DNA of 64,000 nucleotides from Deltaproteobacteria bacterium (GTDB lineage Bacteria; Myxococcota_A; Polyangia; Fen-1088): positions 96,001 through 160,000 of the forward strand of contig JANRKS010000022.1 in the NCBI GenBank assembly GCA_033763315.1, given 5' to 3'. Position 1 is the stretch's first letter; every line of letters begins with the position of its first letter. Of the stretch, positions 1 through 9,698 are shown one piece after another. Below the pieces are notes generated by a model. That model saw only the letters and a list, made by a program, of their open reading frames with translations. It was not told the DNA's origin and searched no databases. A program made the position numbers and the translations under genes.

Positions 1-548
1 GCGATGCCGGGGCCCAACTTCGATGGATCCGAAAGGTTTTCCATAACGTGAATCAAACCCAACACAGCGCCCAAAATGCCGACCGTGGGGGCGAAACCAC
101 CCGCTGACTCCCACACCTTGGCACCCGTTTGGTTTTCTTCGAACTCATGAAAGATCTGGCCTTCGAGGGATTCGCGCGCCACAGCGGCGTCAACGCCATC
201 CACCAAGAAGCTGACCGCACGCTTGAGGAAGGGGTCTGGGATGTTCTGCACTTGTTGTTCAAGCGCGAGCACGCCATCGCGACGCGCGATGGTGGCCAGT
301 TCCACAATCTGTTTGATGATCTCGCCGGTGTCGTCTTTTTTGCTGCCGAAGATCAGGCCCAACATCTTCACGCCGCGCATGAAGTCGGCCATCGGAAACG
401 CCACCGCGACGGCGCCAATGGTGCCGCCCACAACGATGATTGCGGCCGTCGCTTGCACAAGCGAGCCGGCGTGACCACCTTCGAGCGCCTGACCGCCGAG
501 GATACACGCGATGGCGAAAACAATGCCGCCTATTGATAAAATATCCAT
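1..548 (-). CDS. motA: Flagellar stator protein MotA (3' end runs off the window; absent from the ORF track)
   Basis: Manual translation from ATG 548: [47 protein letters not shown]...[10 protein letters not shown]...[38 protein letters not shown]. These are hallmark MotA motifs. Confidence 0.95.
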   Translation of the reverse strand, partial: [182 protein letters not shown]

Positions 549-560
549 GCCAGTGTCCTG

Positions 561-902
561 CTACGTGTGCGGCCCGGCCACAGCTTTGGGATTGGGGGGA
601 GCCGCTGCTTTTGTATCGGCAGGTTCGTCACAAACTTGTCCTGCCGTGGGCACCACGGAAGGCACGCGGGTGCGTTCGTGCACAGGGTATGGGCCGTCCC
701 CAAGTCGGGGTGTTCCAGGGCCCTGCATTGTGCGGTAGCGAAACGCCACCGCTCGCTCCACCACGTCCTGAACGGGCTCGCGAACCAGCAAGCGATCACC
801 CGTGGTGAGGGTCACCATCGTGTCTGGCGTGGCCTCCACAGTGACGATGAGATCGCTGTTCACAACGAGTTCGCGTCCATCCAAGCGCGTTAACATGATC
901 AT
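561..902 (-). CDS. flbD: Flagellar FlbD/SwrD family protein with a low-complexity C-terminal extension
   Basis: MIMLTRLDGRELVVNSDLIVTVEATPDTMVTLTTGDRLLVRE matches the FlbD family. Canonical flgE-flbD-motA order. Alternative start at 917. Confidence 0.9.
   Translation of the reverse strand: MIMLTRLDGRELVVNSDLIVTVEATPDTMVTLTTGDRLLVREPVQDVVERAVAFRYRTMQGPGTPRLGDGPYPVHERTRVPSVVPTAGQVCDEPADTKAAAPPNPKAVAGPHT
613..639 (-). promoter_or_regulatory. Putative sigma28 (FliA) promoter for motA
   Basis: Minus strand ACAAGTTT-N11-GCCGATAC versus consensus TAAAGTTT-N11-GCCGATAA, about 65 nt upstream of the motA ATG and inside the flbD tail. Confidence 0.7.
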
Positions 903-934
903 GCGTCTATCCACCATGGAAGTGTCTTTGTTAA

Positions 935-1001
935 CCGTGGACGTGTGCCACGGCTCCCTAGGGTCATCGGAGCAGCCCTCACCCTCCGATAAGCCCTAGG
1001 G
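935..1001 (-). terminator. Two stem-loops after flgE (mRNA-stabilising element or partial terminator)
   Basis: CCCTAGGG..ATCGGAG/CTCCGAT..CCCTAGGG (956-1001) and CCGTGG/CCACGG (935-953). No clear U-tract. Confidence 0.45.
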
Positions 1002-1016
1002 TCCCGTTATTGCGGA

Positions 1017-2309
1017 TTACCGCTTGAGGGTCATCAGCTCGGCCAGCAACTGGTCGGCCGTGGTGATGGTTTTCGAGTTTGCTTGAAAGCCACGCTGTGC
1101 AGCGATCATGCGGATGAACTCTTGGCCCATGTCGACGTTCGACTGTTCCAGCACGCCTGAAGAGATGGATGCGTGTCCACCCGTGCCAGGTTGGCCGATG
1201 ACAGCCGTACCTGACGTTTGGGTTTCTTGGAATAGATTGCCTCCCAAGCGCGAAAGCCCCTCTTCCGCGGTGAAGTTCGCCACCGCCACTTGGCCGATGA
1301 CACGTGAGCGACCATTGCTAAAAGCGCCGGTCAATTGCCCTTGTGAATCCACCGTCATGCTGGTGAGCGAGCCCGCGGGATACCCATCTTGGCTTAAGAA
1401 GGTGGCCACCGTGGGGCTGGCAAACTGCGTGATGCCGTCGACGCCCGAGCCGCCTGTGCCCGTGGGCGAGCCGAAGTTGAACGTGAGCGGTTGCACCGCT
1501 GCGTTGATCGGCGTGAAATTTTGCGCCGTGACCGCGAAGGTCGTTAGCTCGCCTCCGGTGCCGAACGTCATGGTGCCGTTCGCCACATCCACAGCGGTGC
1601 CTGCGGTGCCACCCGTGAGGCCGCCACCATCAGTCAGCGCGTGCCATTCCCAGCTGCCAGGAACGGCGGGATCTTGGCGGAAATAGATGTCAATCTGATG
1701 CGATTCGCCCAAGCTGTCATACACGACCATGCTGGTTTGGCCATTGCTGGTTGTGCCAGGCGTGGCAGGGTTAAAGGCGGGCACGGCGGGTGAGCCAGCC
1801 ATCAGGTTTGCACGCACCGTGAGGTTGGTGGTGGCCAAGGGCGGGCTTGTCACAGCGCCCACCTTCAAGTCGCCAAGCGTGGCGCCAAGCGTTCCCGTGG
1901 CGTCAGCGGTATAGCCTTGCAGCTTGAGCCCTGAAAGGTTTGTCATGAAGCCATCGGTGTCAACGGTGAATTGGCCAGCGCGGGTGTAGAACTGCCCGTC
2001 CATGCCGTTGAAATTGCCTTTGACGGCGAAGTAGCCCTGGCCTTGCAACGCAAGATCCGTGGGGCGGCTTGTGGTGGAAAGCGTGCCTTGCTCAACCATG
2101 CGTTGCACGGTTTGCAATCGGGTGCCGAGGCCAATCTGCGTTGTGTTCGCACCGATCACGGTGCGTGCCAACGTATCTTGGAATACGGCGCGGCTTGCTT
2201 TGAATCCGACGGTGCCTGCGTTGGCAATGTTATCGCCAACAACGGACAGCTCAAGGCCATTGGCCTCAAGACCGCCGGCACCTGTATTGAGGGCTGACAG
2301 GATGCTCAT
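1017..2309 (-). CDS. flgE: Flagellar hook protein FlgE
   Basis: N-terminal LSVVGDNIANAGTVGFK, TDLALQGQGYF, YTRAGQF, VYDSLGESH; C-terminal LEQSNVD...QRGFQANSKTITTAD. Confidence 0.97.
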   Translation of the reverse strand: MSILSALNTGAGGLEANGLELSVVGDNIANAGTVGFKASRAVFQDTLARTVIGANTTQIGLGTRLQTVQRMVEQGTLSTTSRPTDLALQGQGYFAVKGNFNGMDGQFYTRAGQFTVDTDGFMTNLSGLKLQGYTADATGTLGATLGDLKVGAVTSPPLATTNLTVRANLMAGSPAVPAFNPATPGTTSNGQTSMVVYDSLGESHQIDIYFRQDPAVPGSWEWHALTDGGGLTGGTAGTAVDVANGTMTFGTGGELTTFAVTAQNFTPINAAVQPLTFNFGSPTGTGGSGVDGITQFASPTVATFLSQDGYPAGSLTSMTVDSQGQLTGAFSNGRSRVIGQVAVANFTAEEGLSRLGGNLFQETQTSGTAVIGQPGTGGHASISSGVLEQSNVDMGQEFIRMIAAQRGFQANSKTITTADQLLAELMTLKR

Positions 2310-2983
2310 GGGTTACTCCTTTGGTTGATCTCGATCACTTGTGACATTGAAACTTTTTGTGAACCGATGCGCAGCGCGGGGGCGCCGCTCTCGAATGAAA
2401 CGCCTTCAACAATTCCGTGCGAGCGCATGTCAACGGCCACATCTTTGCCGTTGGCATCCTTGGCTTTGATCTCCACCTTGTAGGAGCCATCTGGCGCAAA
2501 GCTGCCGTCGTCGCGTTTGCCATCCCAGGGCACCTCGATGGCGCCCGCGTTGTGGCCGCCGAGCTTCAAGGTGCGAATCACGCGTGTGCCATCAGAGATG
2601 GTGGCGGTGATTTCGCTGGCGGTGGCACCAAGATAAGCGCCGGCCGAGGTGCTTGTGCCGGCTTTCCAATCAATGGCGTCGGTGTGGAACATGGCATCGC
2701 GGCCAACGAAGTTCGTGGCTGCCATCTGCGAGTTGGTGGCTTGCGCCAGCAGGATGTCATCCAAACTTGTGTTGGCCTTTTGCAGCTGTTCGACTGAAGT
2801 GAACTGCGCCAACTGTGTGGCCAGCTCTTGGCTGTCCTGCGGCTTGGTTGGATCTTGGTTCTGCATCTGCGCCAACATCAGTTTCAAAAACTGATCTTTG
2901 CCAAGCTCGCTCGAACCCTTGCGATCGGTGGCCTTGGGCGGCGTGGCCGTCGCGGTGGCGTTTAAGATTTGTTGAACATCCAT
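2306..2983 (-). CDS. flgD: Flagellar hook capping protein FlgD
   Basis: LGKDQFLKLMLAQMQNQDPTKP..QLAQFTSVEQL and WDGKRDDG..PDGSY (FlgD Ig domain). Confidence 0.97.
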   Translation of the reverse strand: MDVQQILNATATATPPKATDRKGSSELGKDQFLKLMLAQMQNQDPTKPQDSQELATQLAQFTSVEQLQKANTSLDDILLAQATNSQMAATNFVGRDAMFHTDAIDWKAGTSTSAGAYLGATASEITATISDGTRVIRTLKLGGHNAGAIEVPWDGKRDDGSFAPDGSYKVEIKAKDANGKDVAVDMRSHGIVEGVSFESGAPALRIGSQKVSMSQVIEINQRSNP

Positions 2984-2994
2984 GACGTTTGTTC

Positions 2995-5900
2995 CTACGC
3001 TTTGATGTGAACGCGGCCTGCACGGCGAATGCGTGATGTATCGCCAGAAACCGGACGCTCACCCGGTGACTCTGCATGCCCCGTGCCGGCGTTCTCGTCA
3101 GCGTCCTGACGCGCGTTCGGATCGCTTGAGCGCTGGCGGTCAGACGTTTCGCTGAAAGTGCCACGCCGATCCTCGACGTGAAAGCGTCCAAGCGTGAGGC
3201 CTTCTTTGGAAAGATAGGCCTCAAGGTCACGGCCATGAGCGCCGAGCTGCGCGGCCGCTTGGCCATCTGCAGAAACGTCAGCGACGCCTTGCCGTACACG
3301 CACGTGCAAAGACAAAGCGCCACCGTCGGTTTGCACAGACACGCGCGCTTCGTTGTTGTTGAAGTCCACCTTCGCTTGCGAAAGTTCGATCATGTCGGCG
3401 GCGGCGAACGCCGTCTGCTTTGGCTCAGTGACCTTTGCGGGTGCGGCCAATGATGGTGATGGTGGCGCCGATGGTTGTGCATTCGCGGCGACAGGGGGAA
3501 CGACCGTCGGGTTGGTGACGGGGGCAGCGCCCGGCAAGGGTGCGCTCGTTGCGGGGAGGGATGGGTTGGGGTCAACGTTGTGACGGGCGCGAGGTTCGTC
3601 TGCGTTTGGCCCGGCAGCTTGTGCCGGCTTTGCGGGCGCGCTGGGCACAATGTGCCCCGCGGGCGTGGTGGGGTCAGAGGCCTGCGGCAATGCCGTTGTT
3701 GGCTGCGATGCTTCAACAGTCTTTGCGGCCTCGATAGATCGTTCAGTGCGCCGCGGCTGAGCAAGGGTCGCGCGAGGCGGCTGAAGCGCTTGCAGATCAA
3801 CGGGCCAAGCACGTACAGGTGCGGCACCGGCGGGCACCGGCGCTTGAGCTTGAACGAGCACGGGGCTAACTGGGGCCGGCGCCGGATGCGGCGCGACGGT
3901 CGTTGGCTTAAGATCGGCAGCGGTCGCGCTGGGTTCGCTCGCTTGTGCACGAACGGCCTTCACATCCGCAGGCGCTGTGCGCGCGACCTGCTCGACAGGC
4001 GCTGTGCGATCCGCGTTTTGAACCGCCGCCGCGATGACAGCTACGTTATGATTTTCAGCAGGGCCGGCGCCCCGTAGATTGCGAGCCGCAGGTTGTTGCC
4101 CCGTGCGAACCGTGTTGTGATCCGCGGGCGCAGCGCGAAACACTTTCTGTTCTGCAGCCCCTCGACGAAGGGCGCTTTGCGCCGCGGGCTCGGTGCGAGG
4201 CGTGATCTGTGCTTGTGGCTCAACCACAAAGGGTGCTCCCGCGTTGATAACGGCTGGGGTATTGGGCGCGCGTGCTATGGCCAGCGGTGCTGGCTCTGAG
4301 GCTTTGCCCACCTTTGGTGAAGGTCGCAGCGACGCGGCTTCGCTCGCACCCGAGGGCGTGGCGGGCAACGACACGCGCGCTGCGACCGTAGGGGTCAACT
4401 CGGGCGACGTGACAACGAACGTTCGTGACTGTGAAGACGGCGTGGTCGCTGCATTAGGCGCAGGCGTCACCGCGGGTTTTGCAATCACGGGAGGCGCGGC
4501 AGTCGCTGTGTTGATCACTGGCACAACATGGACCGCGGGCGATTCAGAGGGAGCCATGGCCTTCGCAGGCACGGGCGCATCGGGTGCGGCAACCACGACT
4601 GCAGGGGTTGCATGTTTGGCCACCGTCGCAGGGGTTTGGATGGGGGCCGACGGCACGCGTGGCGTGATGAAGGCCGGCGGAGACGTCACAGGCCCCACGG
4701 CACGCGCGGTGGATGGCCTGGCAACCGTTGGCGCAACGTCGGTAAATGCATTCGTCTGCGGTGATGGCGCCACAGAGTTGGGCGTGATCGCACCTTTTTC
4801 ACGAACCCGGGCTTGCGATGCCGGCGCTGGCGAGGATCCAACCGCAAGGCTTGTGACAGCCGGCGGAACCGGAGCAGGAAACAGCGGCGCAGGCGCCACC
4901 ACAGGCTGCGTGAACCATGACGTAGGCGATGAGTTCGCAGGCGGTGCAAGGTCGTCAGTGTCTGACGGTGTCCTCACGCGTTCACCCTCGGGCTCGGGCG
5001 CCAGGGGACGCGGGTTGGGCTTCGGCACGACGTTGTGGGCGGCCGGGGGCGACGTGGGCAAGAGCGAAGTCACGTCGAGATTGCTCTGCTGTGGCTCCAC
5101 TTGGGGCTCTCGCGCAGGCGGTGAGCTGTTGACCGCGCCCAGCACAGCGGGCGTCAAGGTCGCGGCCACCGGGGGAGGTAGGGGCGTAGGTGTTCGGCGC
5201 GAACGCGGCATCACGAAGCGTGGCTCGGGCAGCGCAGGCGCGCGCTCGACGCCGAGTGCGTGATCGCTTGATGTTGTGACTACGGACGAACCGGACTGCA
5301 AAGTCGACATCGTTGACTCCTGCTCGGCCATGAAACGTGCGGTTGTAAGCTGGGCGAAGGCTTCTACGTTCGTGTGTGAAGGATCCAATAGAGGTGGCTT
5401 ATCCGTCATAGGGGCAAGCACGTACGGTGCTGCAAAAACGGGTTCGGTTGGAACCGCAGGCTTCGTCTGCACGCTGGTGGCGCGGGCAGGTTGCGAAACG
5501 GGCGGCGGAACAGCCCAGCCCACCGCCGCAAGCGGGGCTTCCTTGCGCTCAGGAAGTGAATCGCGGGGCGGCAAAGGTTGCGCAAACGGCGCGTGTTCAG
5601 CGCGCGGGCGTGAAGGTGCCGGCATCGATCGAACGAGCACCGTTGCAGGTTGGTTGTGAAGCTCAAGGGGCACCATGGCCGCATTGGCGACAACGGGCGC
5701 CGTGGGCAGCGGGTCGCTCCTCATCAATGAAAACGGTCGAGACGCAACCTTGCGCAAAGGTTGTTCTTGCGCAGCTGGTGTCACGGGCGGCTGCGAAACC
5801 GTGGGCGGCGGGATCGGTTGATGTTCAGCGGCAGGCACAGACACAGGTTCGCTCTTGGCCCCTTCGAATGCCTCCGGCGGCAAGAGCGTTTCGGGAGGCG

Positions 5901-6402
5901 GGTTGATCCAACCTGGCAAGGCCGTTGAGGGCGTCGCATCGGGCGTTGAAGGCGGCGGTGCAGAAACTTGGGGGTGAAACGCCGCTACGTCGCTCGGAAG
6001 CGCAGCGTGATCGGACACCCGCGCGCGGGACGGCGTTGCGCTCGCCTCGGGCACTGAATGACCGTGGTCGCGCGCTTCGTGCCCTTGCACCTGCAGCGAT
6101 GCCAAATGCTTTTCCGACTCCGGCGACTCGGGCAACGCCTGGTGCTTGTGTACCTGCGGCAATGCCGAATGCTTTTCCGACTCCGGCGACGCCTGATGGT
6201 TTTGCGATTCCGGCAACGCTTGATGCTGAACCCACGCGGCGCGGTTGTCCTTTTGAGGGGCATCGCCGTGCTGGGCAATGGCCAACGCGAGCTTCGCCAC
6301 AAACGCTGTATCCGCCGTCTCAACCGGAGCCTTGACGTCGGCTTGCCGACCAACGTCGAGCATCGCGTTGCGGAAGGCCGCAGGCAAAACCTGCGGTTTC
6401 AC
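2995..6402 (-). CDS. fliK: Very long (1135 aa) flagellar hook-length control protein FliK
   Basis: Pro/Ala-rich disordered body with a C-terminal T3S4-like domain (EARVSVQTDGGALSLHVRVRQGVADV...LEAYLSKEGLTLGRFHV). Lies immediately upstream of flgD. Confidence 0.75.
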   Translation of the reverse strand: MKPQVLPAAFRNAMLDVGRQADVKAPVETADTAFVAKLALAIAQHGDAPQKDNRAAWVQHQALPESQNHQASPESEKHSALPQVHKHQALPESPESEKHLASLQVQGHEARDHGHSVPEASATPSRARVSDHAALPSDVAAFHPQVSAPPPSTPDATPSTALPGWINPPPETLLPPEAFEGAKSEPVSVPAAEHQPIPPPTVSQPPVTPAAQEQPLRKVASRPFSLMRSDPLPTAPVVANAAMVPLELHNQPATVLVRSMPAPSRPRAEHAPFAQPLPPRDSLPERKEAPLAAVGWAVPPPVSQPARATSVQTKPAVPTEPVFAAPYVLAPMTDKPPLLDPSHTNVEAFAQLTTARFMAEQESTMSTLQSGSSVVTTSSDHALGVERAPALPEPRFVMPRSRRTPTPLPPPVAATLTPAVLGAVNSSPPAREPQVEPQQSNLDVTSLLPTSPPAAHNVVPKPNPRPLAPEPEGERVRTPSDTDDLAPPANSSPTSWFTQPVVAPAPLFPAPVPPAVTSLAVGSSPAPASQARVREKGAITPNSVAPSPQTNAFTDVAPTVARPSTARAVGPVTSPPAFITPRVPSAPIQTPATVAKHATPAVVVAAPDAPVPAKAMAPSESPAVHVVPVINTATAAPPVIAKPAVTPAPNAATTPSSQSRTFVVTSPELTPTVAARVSLPATPSGASEAASLRPSPKVGKASEPAPLAIARAPNTPAVINAGAPFVVEPQAQITPRTEPAAQSALRRGAAEQKVFRAAPADHNTVRTGQQPAARNLRGAGPAENHNVAVIAAAVQNADRTAPVEQVARTAPADVKAVRAQASEPSATAADLKPTTVAPHPAPAPVSPVLVQAQAPVPAGAAPVRAWPVDLQALQPPRATLAQPRRTERSIEAAKTVEASQPTTALPQASDPTTPAGHIVPSAPAKPAQAAGPNADEPRARHNVDPNPSLPATSAPLPGAAPVTNPTVVPPVAANAQPSAPPSPSLAAPAKVTEPKQTAFAAADMIELSQAKVDFNNNEARVSVQTDGGALSLHVRVRQGVADVSADGQAAAQLGAHGRDLEAYLSKEGLTLGRFHVEDRRGTFSETSDRQRSSDPNARQDADENAGTGHAESPGERPVSGDTSRIRRAGRVHIKA
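3073..3088 (-). promoter_or_regulatory. Putative sigma54 promoter for flgD-flgE inside the fliK 3' end
   Basis: Minus strand CGGCACGGGGCATGCA, correct GG-N10-GC spacing, about 90 nt upstream of the flgD ATG. Confidence 0.55.
6091..6190. repeat. In-frame 63-bp-period tandem duplication within fliK
   Basis: AATGCTTTTCCGACTCCGGCGAC at 6105-6127 and 6168-6190; similarity extends to 6091-6127 / 6154-6190. Peptide SPESEKH occurs twice and HQALPES twice. Confidence 0.85.
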
Positions 6403-7457
6403 TTTGTGGCCTTCTTCCGTCGATCCTCGCGCGCCGCGATCTCTGATGCCAAAGCGGCAGCACGCTCGGGATTCATCAGGCCCATCACCTTGCCCGCGTC
6501 ACGCGAAGGCATCCGCTCCATCAGATCGCCGGCCAAGGTCAGCGGCAACCTTTCAGTGATCGCTGCCGCCTGCGCGGGCTTCATGCCGCGCATCGCTTTT
6601 GACAAGACCTCAAGCGGCGTGGGTGGCGTTGGGCCTTTGGGTGCGAGGGCCGACTTTGCCTCCAACGCTTTCGCCTCTTCAGTGGCCTTCGCCTCAGCCT
6701 CGACCTTCTTCGCTTGTTCCTTTTCGGCCTGCTTCTTGTTCTTGATCTCGATGGTTTGCGCGCGCACCTCGTCTAGGTAAGCCGCAAGCTTCTCGGTGTC
6801 CTGCCGCAGTTGCTTTTGTGCGATGTCCAAAGCGCCGGCCAGTTCGCCGATGCGCTCGCGCTCGCGCAACAGGTTGTTGCGTTCGATCTCGGCGGGTGAA
6901 TTCGCGATCTCCGCGTGCAAAGCTTCCAACGTCAACGAAGGCGGCGCTGTGTCCTTGCGAGTGACCGCGTGTTCATTCTTTTGCGGTACGGGGGGCGGCG
7001 GACGTTCCGCGGGCGTTTTGGGCGGCGCCGGCTCTTTGGCGTGTTCAGCCTCTGGCGCAGCGGCAGCGGCTTCGCCTGATGCCTCTGCCGCTTCAGTCTT
7101 GCCAGCCTTGTGTGCCTTTGCCTCTTTGGGGGCCTCAACCTTACCCCGTGGTGGCACCGCAGCTTTCGCCTCAACAGGGGCCTTCACTTCAGATGCGGGT
7201 GCCTTCGCGGCCGTCGCGTCAGTTTTGCTTGGCGGGGTTGCCGGCGCAGGCGCGGCCTTGGCCTCGGGCGTTTTTCCGGGCGCAGCGGGGGCCGCGGCCA
7301 CGGGCGGCGCGGGGGCCGCGGCCTCAGGTACCTTGGGCGATGCAGGTGCTTTGGCAGACGGGGCCGCGGGCGCGTCGGCGCCAAACGCCGCGCCATGCAA
7401 GTTGAGCATTGCCACCACAAACAACGCCGCGCGGGCGCTCCACGCAAAGCTACGCAT
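6399..7457 (-). CDS. MotE/YlxF-like (MgtE-N domain) exported flagellar protein
   Basis: Signal peptide (..GAAFGA), Pro/Ala linker, coiled coil, then C-terminal MKPAQAAAI...MPSRDAGKVMGLMNPERAAAL. Sits at the ylxF position between fliI and fliK. Confidence 0.75.
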   Translation of the reverse strand: MRSFAWSARAALFVVAMLNLHGAAFGADAPAAPSAKAPASPKVPEAAAPAPPVAAAPAAPGKTPEAKAAPAPATPPSKTDATAAKAPASEVKAPVEAKAAVPPRGKVEAPKEAKAHKAGKTEAAEASGEAAAAAPEAEHAKEPAPPKTPAERPPPPVPQKNEHAVTRKDTAPPSLTLEALHAEIANSPAEIERNNLLRERERIGELAGALDIAQKQLRQDTEKLAAYLDEVRAQTIEIKNKKQAEKEQAKKVEAEAKATEEAKALEAKSALAPKGPTPPTPLEVLSKAMRGMKPAQAAAITERLPLTLAGDLMERMPSRDAGKVMGLMNPERAAALASEIAAREDRRKKATK

Positions 7458-8787
7458 AGTTGTCTTCTCCCTGTCCTTCCAACGCCCGGCGGATCTGCGA
7501 CAAGGTGTCCACCAAGTTGTAACGCTCGCTCATGCTTTGCCGAAACAGCGCTAACAGCTTTGGCACAACCTTCAATGCGCGATCGAGCCGCGGGTTCGAT
7601 CCCGCCACGTACGCGCCCACCTCCACAAGATCTGATGATTCGGCGTAAACGCCGAGCATCTCGCGCACACGTCCCGCCAGTTGCCTGTGGTCCGCCGAAA
7701 CCACGTCGTTCATCACGCGACTAACGCTGGCCAAAATATCGATGGCTGGATAGTGCCCACCGTTGGCCAACTTGCGCGACAACACCACGTGCCCATCCAG
7801 TGCCGCGCGCGCCGCATCGGCCACGGGCTCTGACATGTCATCGCCCTCCACGAGCACTGTGTACATGGCCGTGATGCTGCCCTTGCCCGCGCCGTTGCCC
7901 GCGCGTTCAACCAAGCGAGGCAGCAGCGCAAAGACAGACGGCGGGTAACCGCGCGACGTCGGTGGCTCGCCCGCCGCCAAACCAATCTCACGTTGAGCCA
8001 TCGCCACGCGGGTCAGCGAATCCAACATCAGCAACACGCGCATGCCTTGCGAGCGAAAGTATTCTGCCGCGGAAGTCGCGGCCATCGCAGCCCGCACACG
8101 CACCAAAGGCGGCTCATCCGCGGTGGCCACCACAACAACCGAACGCGATAAACCCGGGCCCAAATCACGTTCAACGAATTCACGCACCTCGCGGCCGCGC
8201 TCGCCCACCAGACCCACAACGATGATGTCGGCGCTTGCGCTGCGGGCCAACATGCCCAACAAGCTGCTTTTGCCCACGCCCGGGCCGGCCATGATGCCCA
8301 CGCGTTGACCTTCGCCGCACGTCAACACGCCGTCCATCGCACGCACGCCCGTGATCATGGGGTGTGCAATGCGTTCACGCGCCATCGGTGACGGCGGCGG
8401 CGCATTCAACGACGCCCGGCCTGGCAACACCAGCGGGGGCCCGCCGTCCATCGGCTCCATCGCTGCATTCACCACGCGCCCCAAAAGCGCCGAGCCCACC
8501 GGGATCTCGCCTGCCCGTCGACGCGGGATCACAGGGCAACCTTCGCCAATGCCGCTGATGTCGCCAAAGGGCATCAACAGCGCTTTTTGCCCAGAAAAAC
8601 CCACAACTTCGGCCACGATGGTCTTGCCACCTTTGGCACGAAGCTCACACGCTGTGCCCAACGCCACCTGCGGCAGTGTGGCTTCAATCGTGATGCCCGA
8701 CGCATGAATCACGCGCCCTGCGCGCACAACCGTTTCAGCGTCCGCCACAACCGCACGCATGCGCTTGAGATCCAACAAGCGTGTCAC
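7450..8787 (-). CDS. fliI: Flagellar export ATPase FliI
   Basis: GQRVGIMAGPGVGKS Walker A, GERGREVREF, DSLTRVAMAQREIGL, GYPPS, YPAIDILASVSR. Confidence 0.97.
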   Translation of the reverse strand: MTRLLDLKRMRAVVADAETVVRAGRVIHASGITIEATLPQVALGTACELRAKGGKTIVAEVVGFSGQKALLMPFGDISGIGEGCPVIPRRRAGEIPVGSALLGRVVNAAMEPMDGGPPLVLPGRASLNAPPPSPMARERIAHPMITGVRAMDGVLTCGEGQRVGIMAGPGVGKSSLLGMLARSASADIIVVGLVGERGREVREFVERDLGPGLSRSVVVVATADEPPLVRVRAAMAATSAAEYFRSQGMRVLLMLDSLTRVAMAQREIGLAAGEPPTSRGYPPSVFALLPRLVERAGNGAGKGSITAMYTVLVEGDDMSEPVADAARAALDGHVVLSRKLANGGHYPAIDILASVSRVMNDVVSADHRQLAGRVREMLGVYAESSDLVEVGAYVAGSNPRLDRALKVVPKLLALFRQSMSERYNLVDTLSQIRRALEGQGEDNYA

Positions 8788-9686
8788 GTGTCGTCTCCCG
8801 CCATCGCCTCTTGCAGCAAGCGGCGCATCTCATCTAAGCGCGTGGTGAGGCGACCGTCGACAATGCCAAAGTCCGCGTCCACCATGCAATCACCCAAAGC
8901 CAGCTCCGCGTCGGGGCTGATCTCCACCTGCACGATCGCCATCGTTGATACCGCCCTGCCTCCGCCGGCCGCTTCCACCCGTTTGGCGTCGTCAGGATGC
9001 AAGCGAACGACGATCCGCCGGCTTTCACCGGCGCGGCGAATCACCGAGCGAATGACTGAAAAAAAGCGTTCCACATTTGTGGAGAGCTCCGCTTCCAGGA
9101 TCCGGCGCGACACCAGCAACGCCAATTCCAAGGCATCCGATCGCGCTTGTTCGGCCAAACGTTCGGAGGTTAACCGCATCGCAGAAACGGCCGCTGCCAC
9201 ACGTTCAGCGAACTCAGCGGATCCAGGCGCAGGCAGTTGAACTTGAGGCACCATCGGCTCCGGTGGCGGCGCAACAACCGTCGCGGGTGGTGGGGCGTGG
9301 TCAATCGGCGCGACCTGTGACGGCACCTGTGCGGCCACCAACGCTTCAGGATCGACATCCAGAGCTTCGCCGTATCCTTCGGGCAACCCGCCTTCGCCTT
9401 CGCCGTAGCCATCATCAACAGGCTCAGCGCGCGGCGGTGCGGGTGGCGCTTGCTCGAATTGCATTGTGTGTGAAGCAGGGTTGCGCTTCGGCCCCGTGCC
9501 GCGCGTCACCAGCGAGACTTTCGGCATCGATCGATGCGGCTTCACGTCACTGCGGGGCAGTTCGGCAAACACCGCGGTTTTCGCGCGGCGTTTTGCATCG
9601 TCGCCGCGCAGAAAGTTCGGCAGCAGCGCGTCCTGCGCTTCTTCCAAGGGTTCTTGGGCAGACGTGTCGGGTCCCTCGGGTTCCAA
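8784..9686 (-). CDS. fliH: Flagellar assembly protein FliH
   Basis: C-terminal IVVRLHPDD...PDAELALGDCMVDADFGIVDG. Lies between fliG and fliI. Confidence 0.88.
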   Translation of the reverse strand: MEPEGPDTSAQEPLEEAQDALLPNFLRGDDAKRRAKTAVFAELPRSDVKPHRSMPKVSLVTRGTGPKRNPASHTMQFEQAPPAPPRAEPVDDGYGEGEGGLPEGYGEALDVDPEALVAAQVPSQVAPIDHAPPPATVVAPPPEPMVPQVQLPAPGSAEFAERVAAAVSAMRLTSERLAEQARSDALELALLVSRRILEAELSTNVERFFSVIRSVIRRAGESRRIVVRLHPDDAKRVEAAGGGRAVSTMAIVQVEISPDAELALGDCMVDADFGIVDGRLTTRLDEMRRLLQEAMAGDDT

Positions 9687-9698
9687 ACGCAGCCTCCG

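Noticed and set aside
4193-5263. 356-aa Gly/Ala-rich plus-strand ORF
   Set aside because: Mirror of the Pro/Ala-rich fliK codons.
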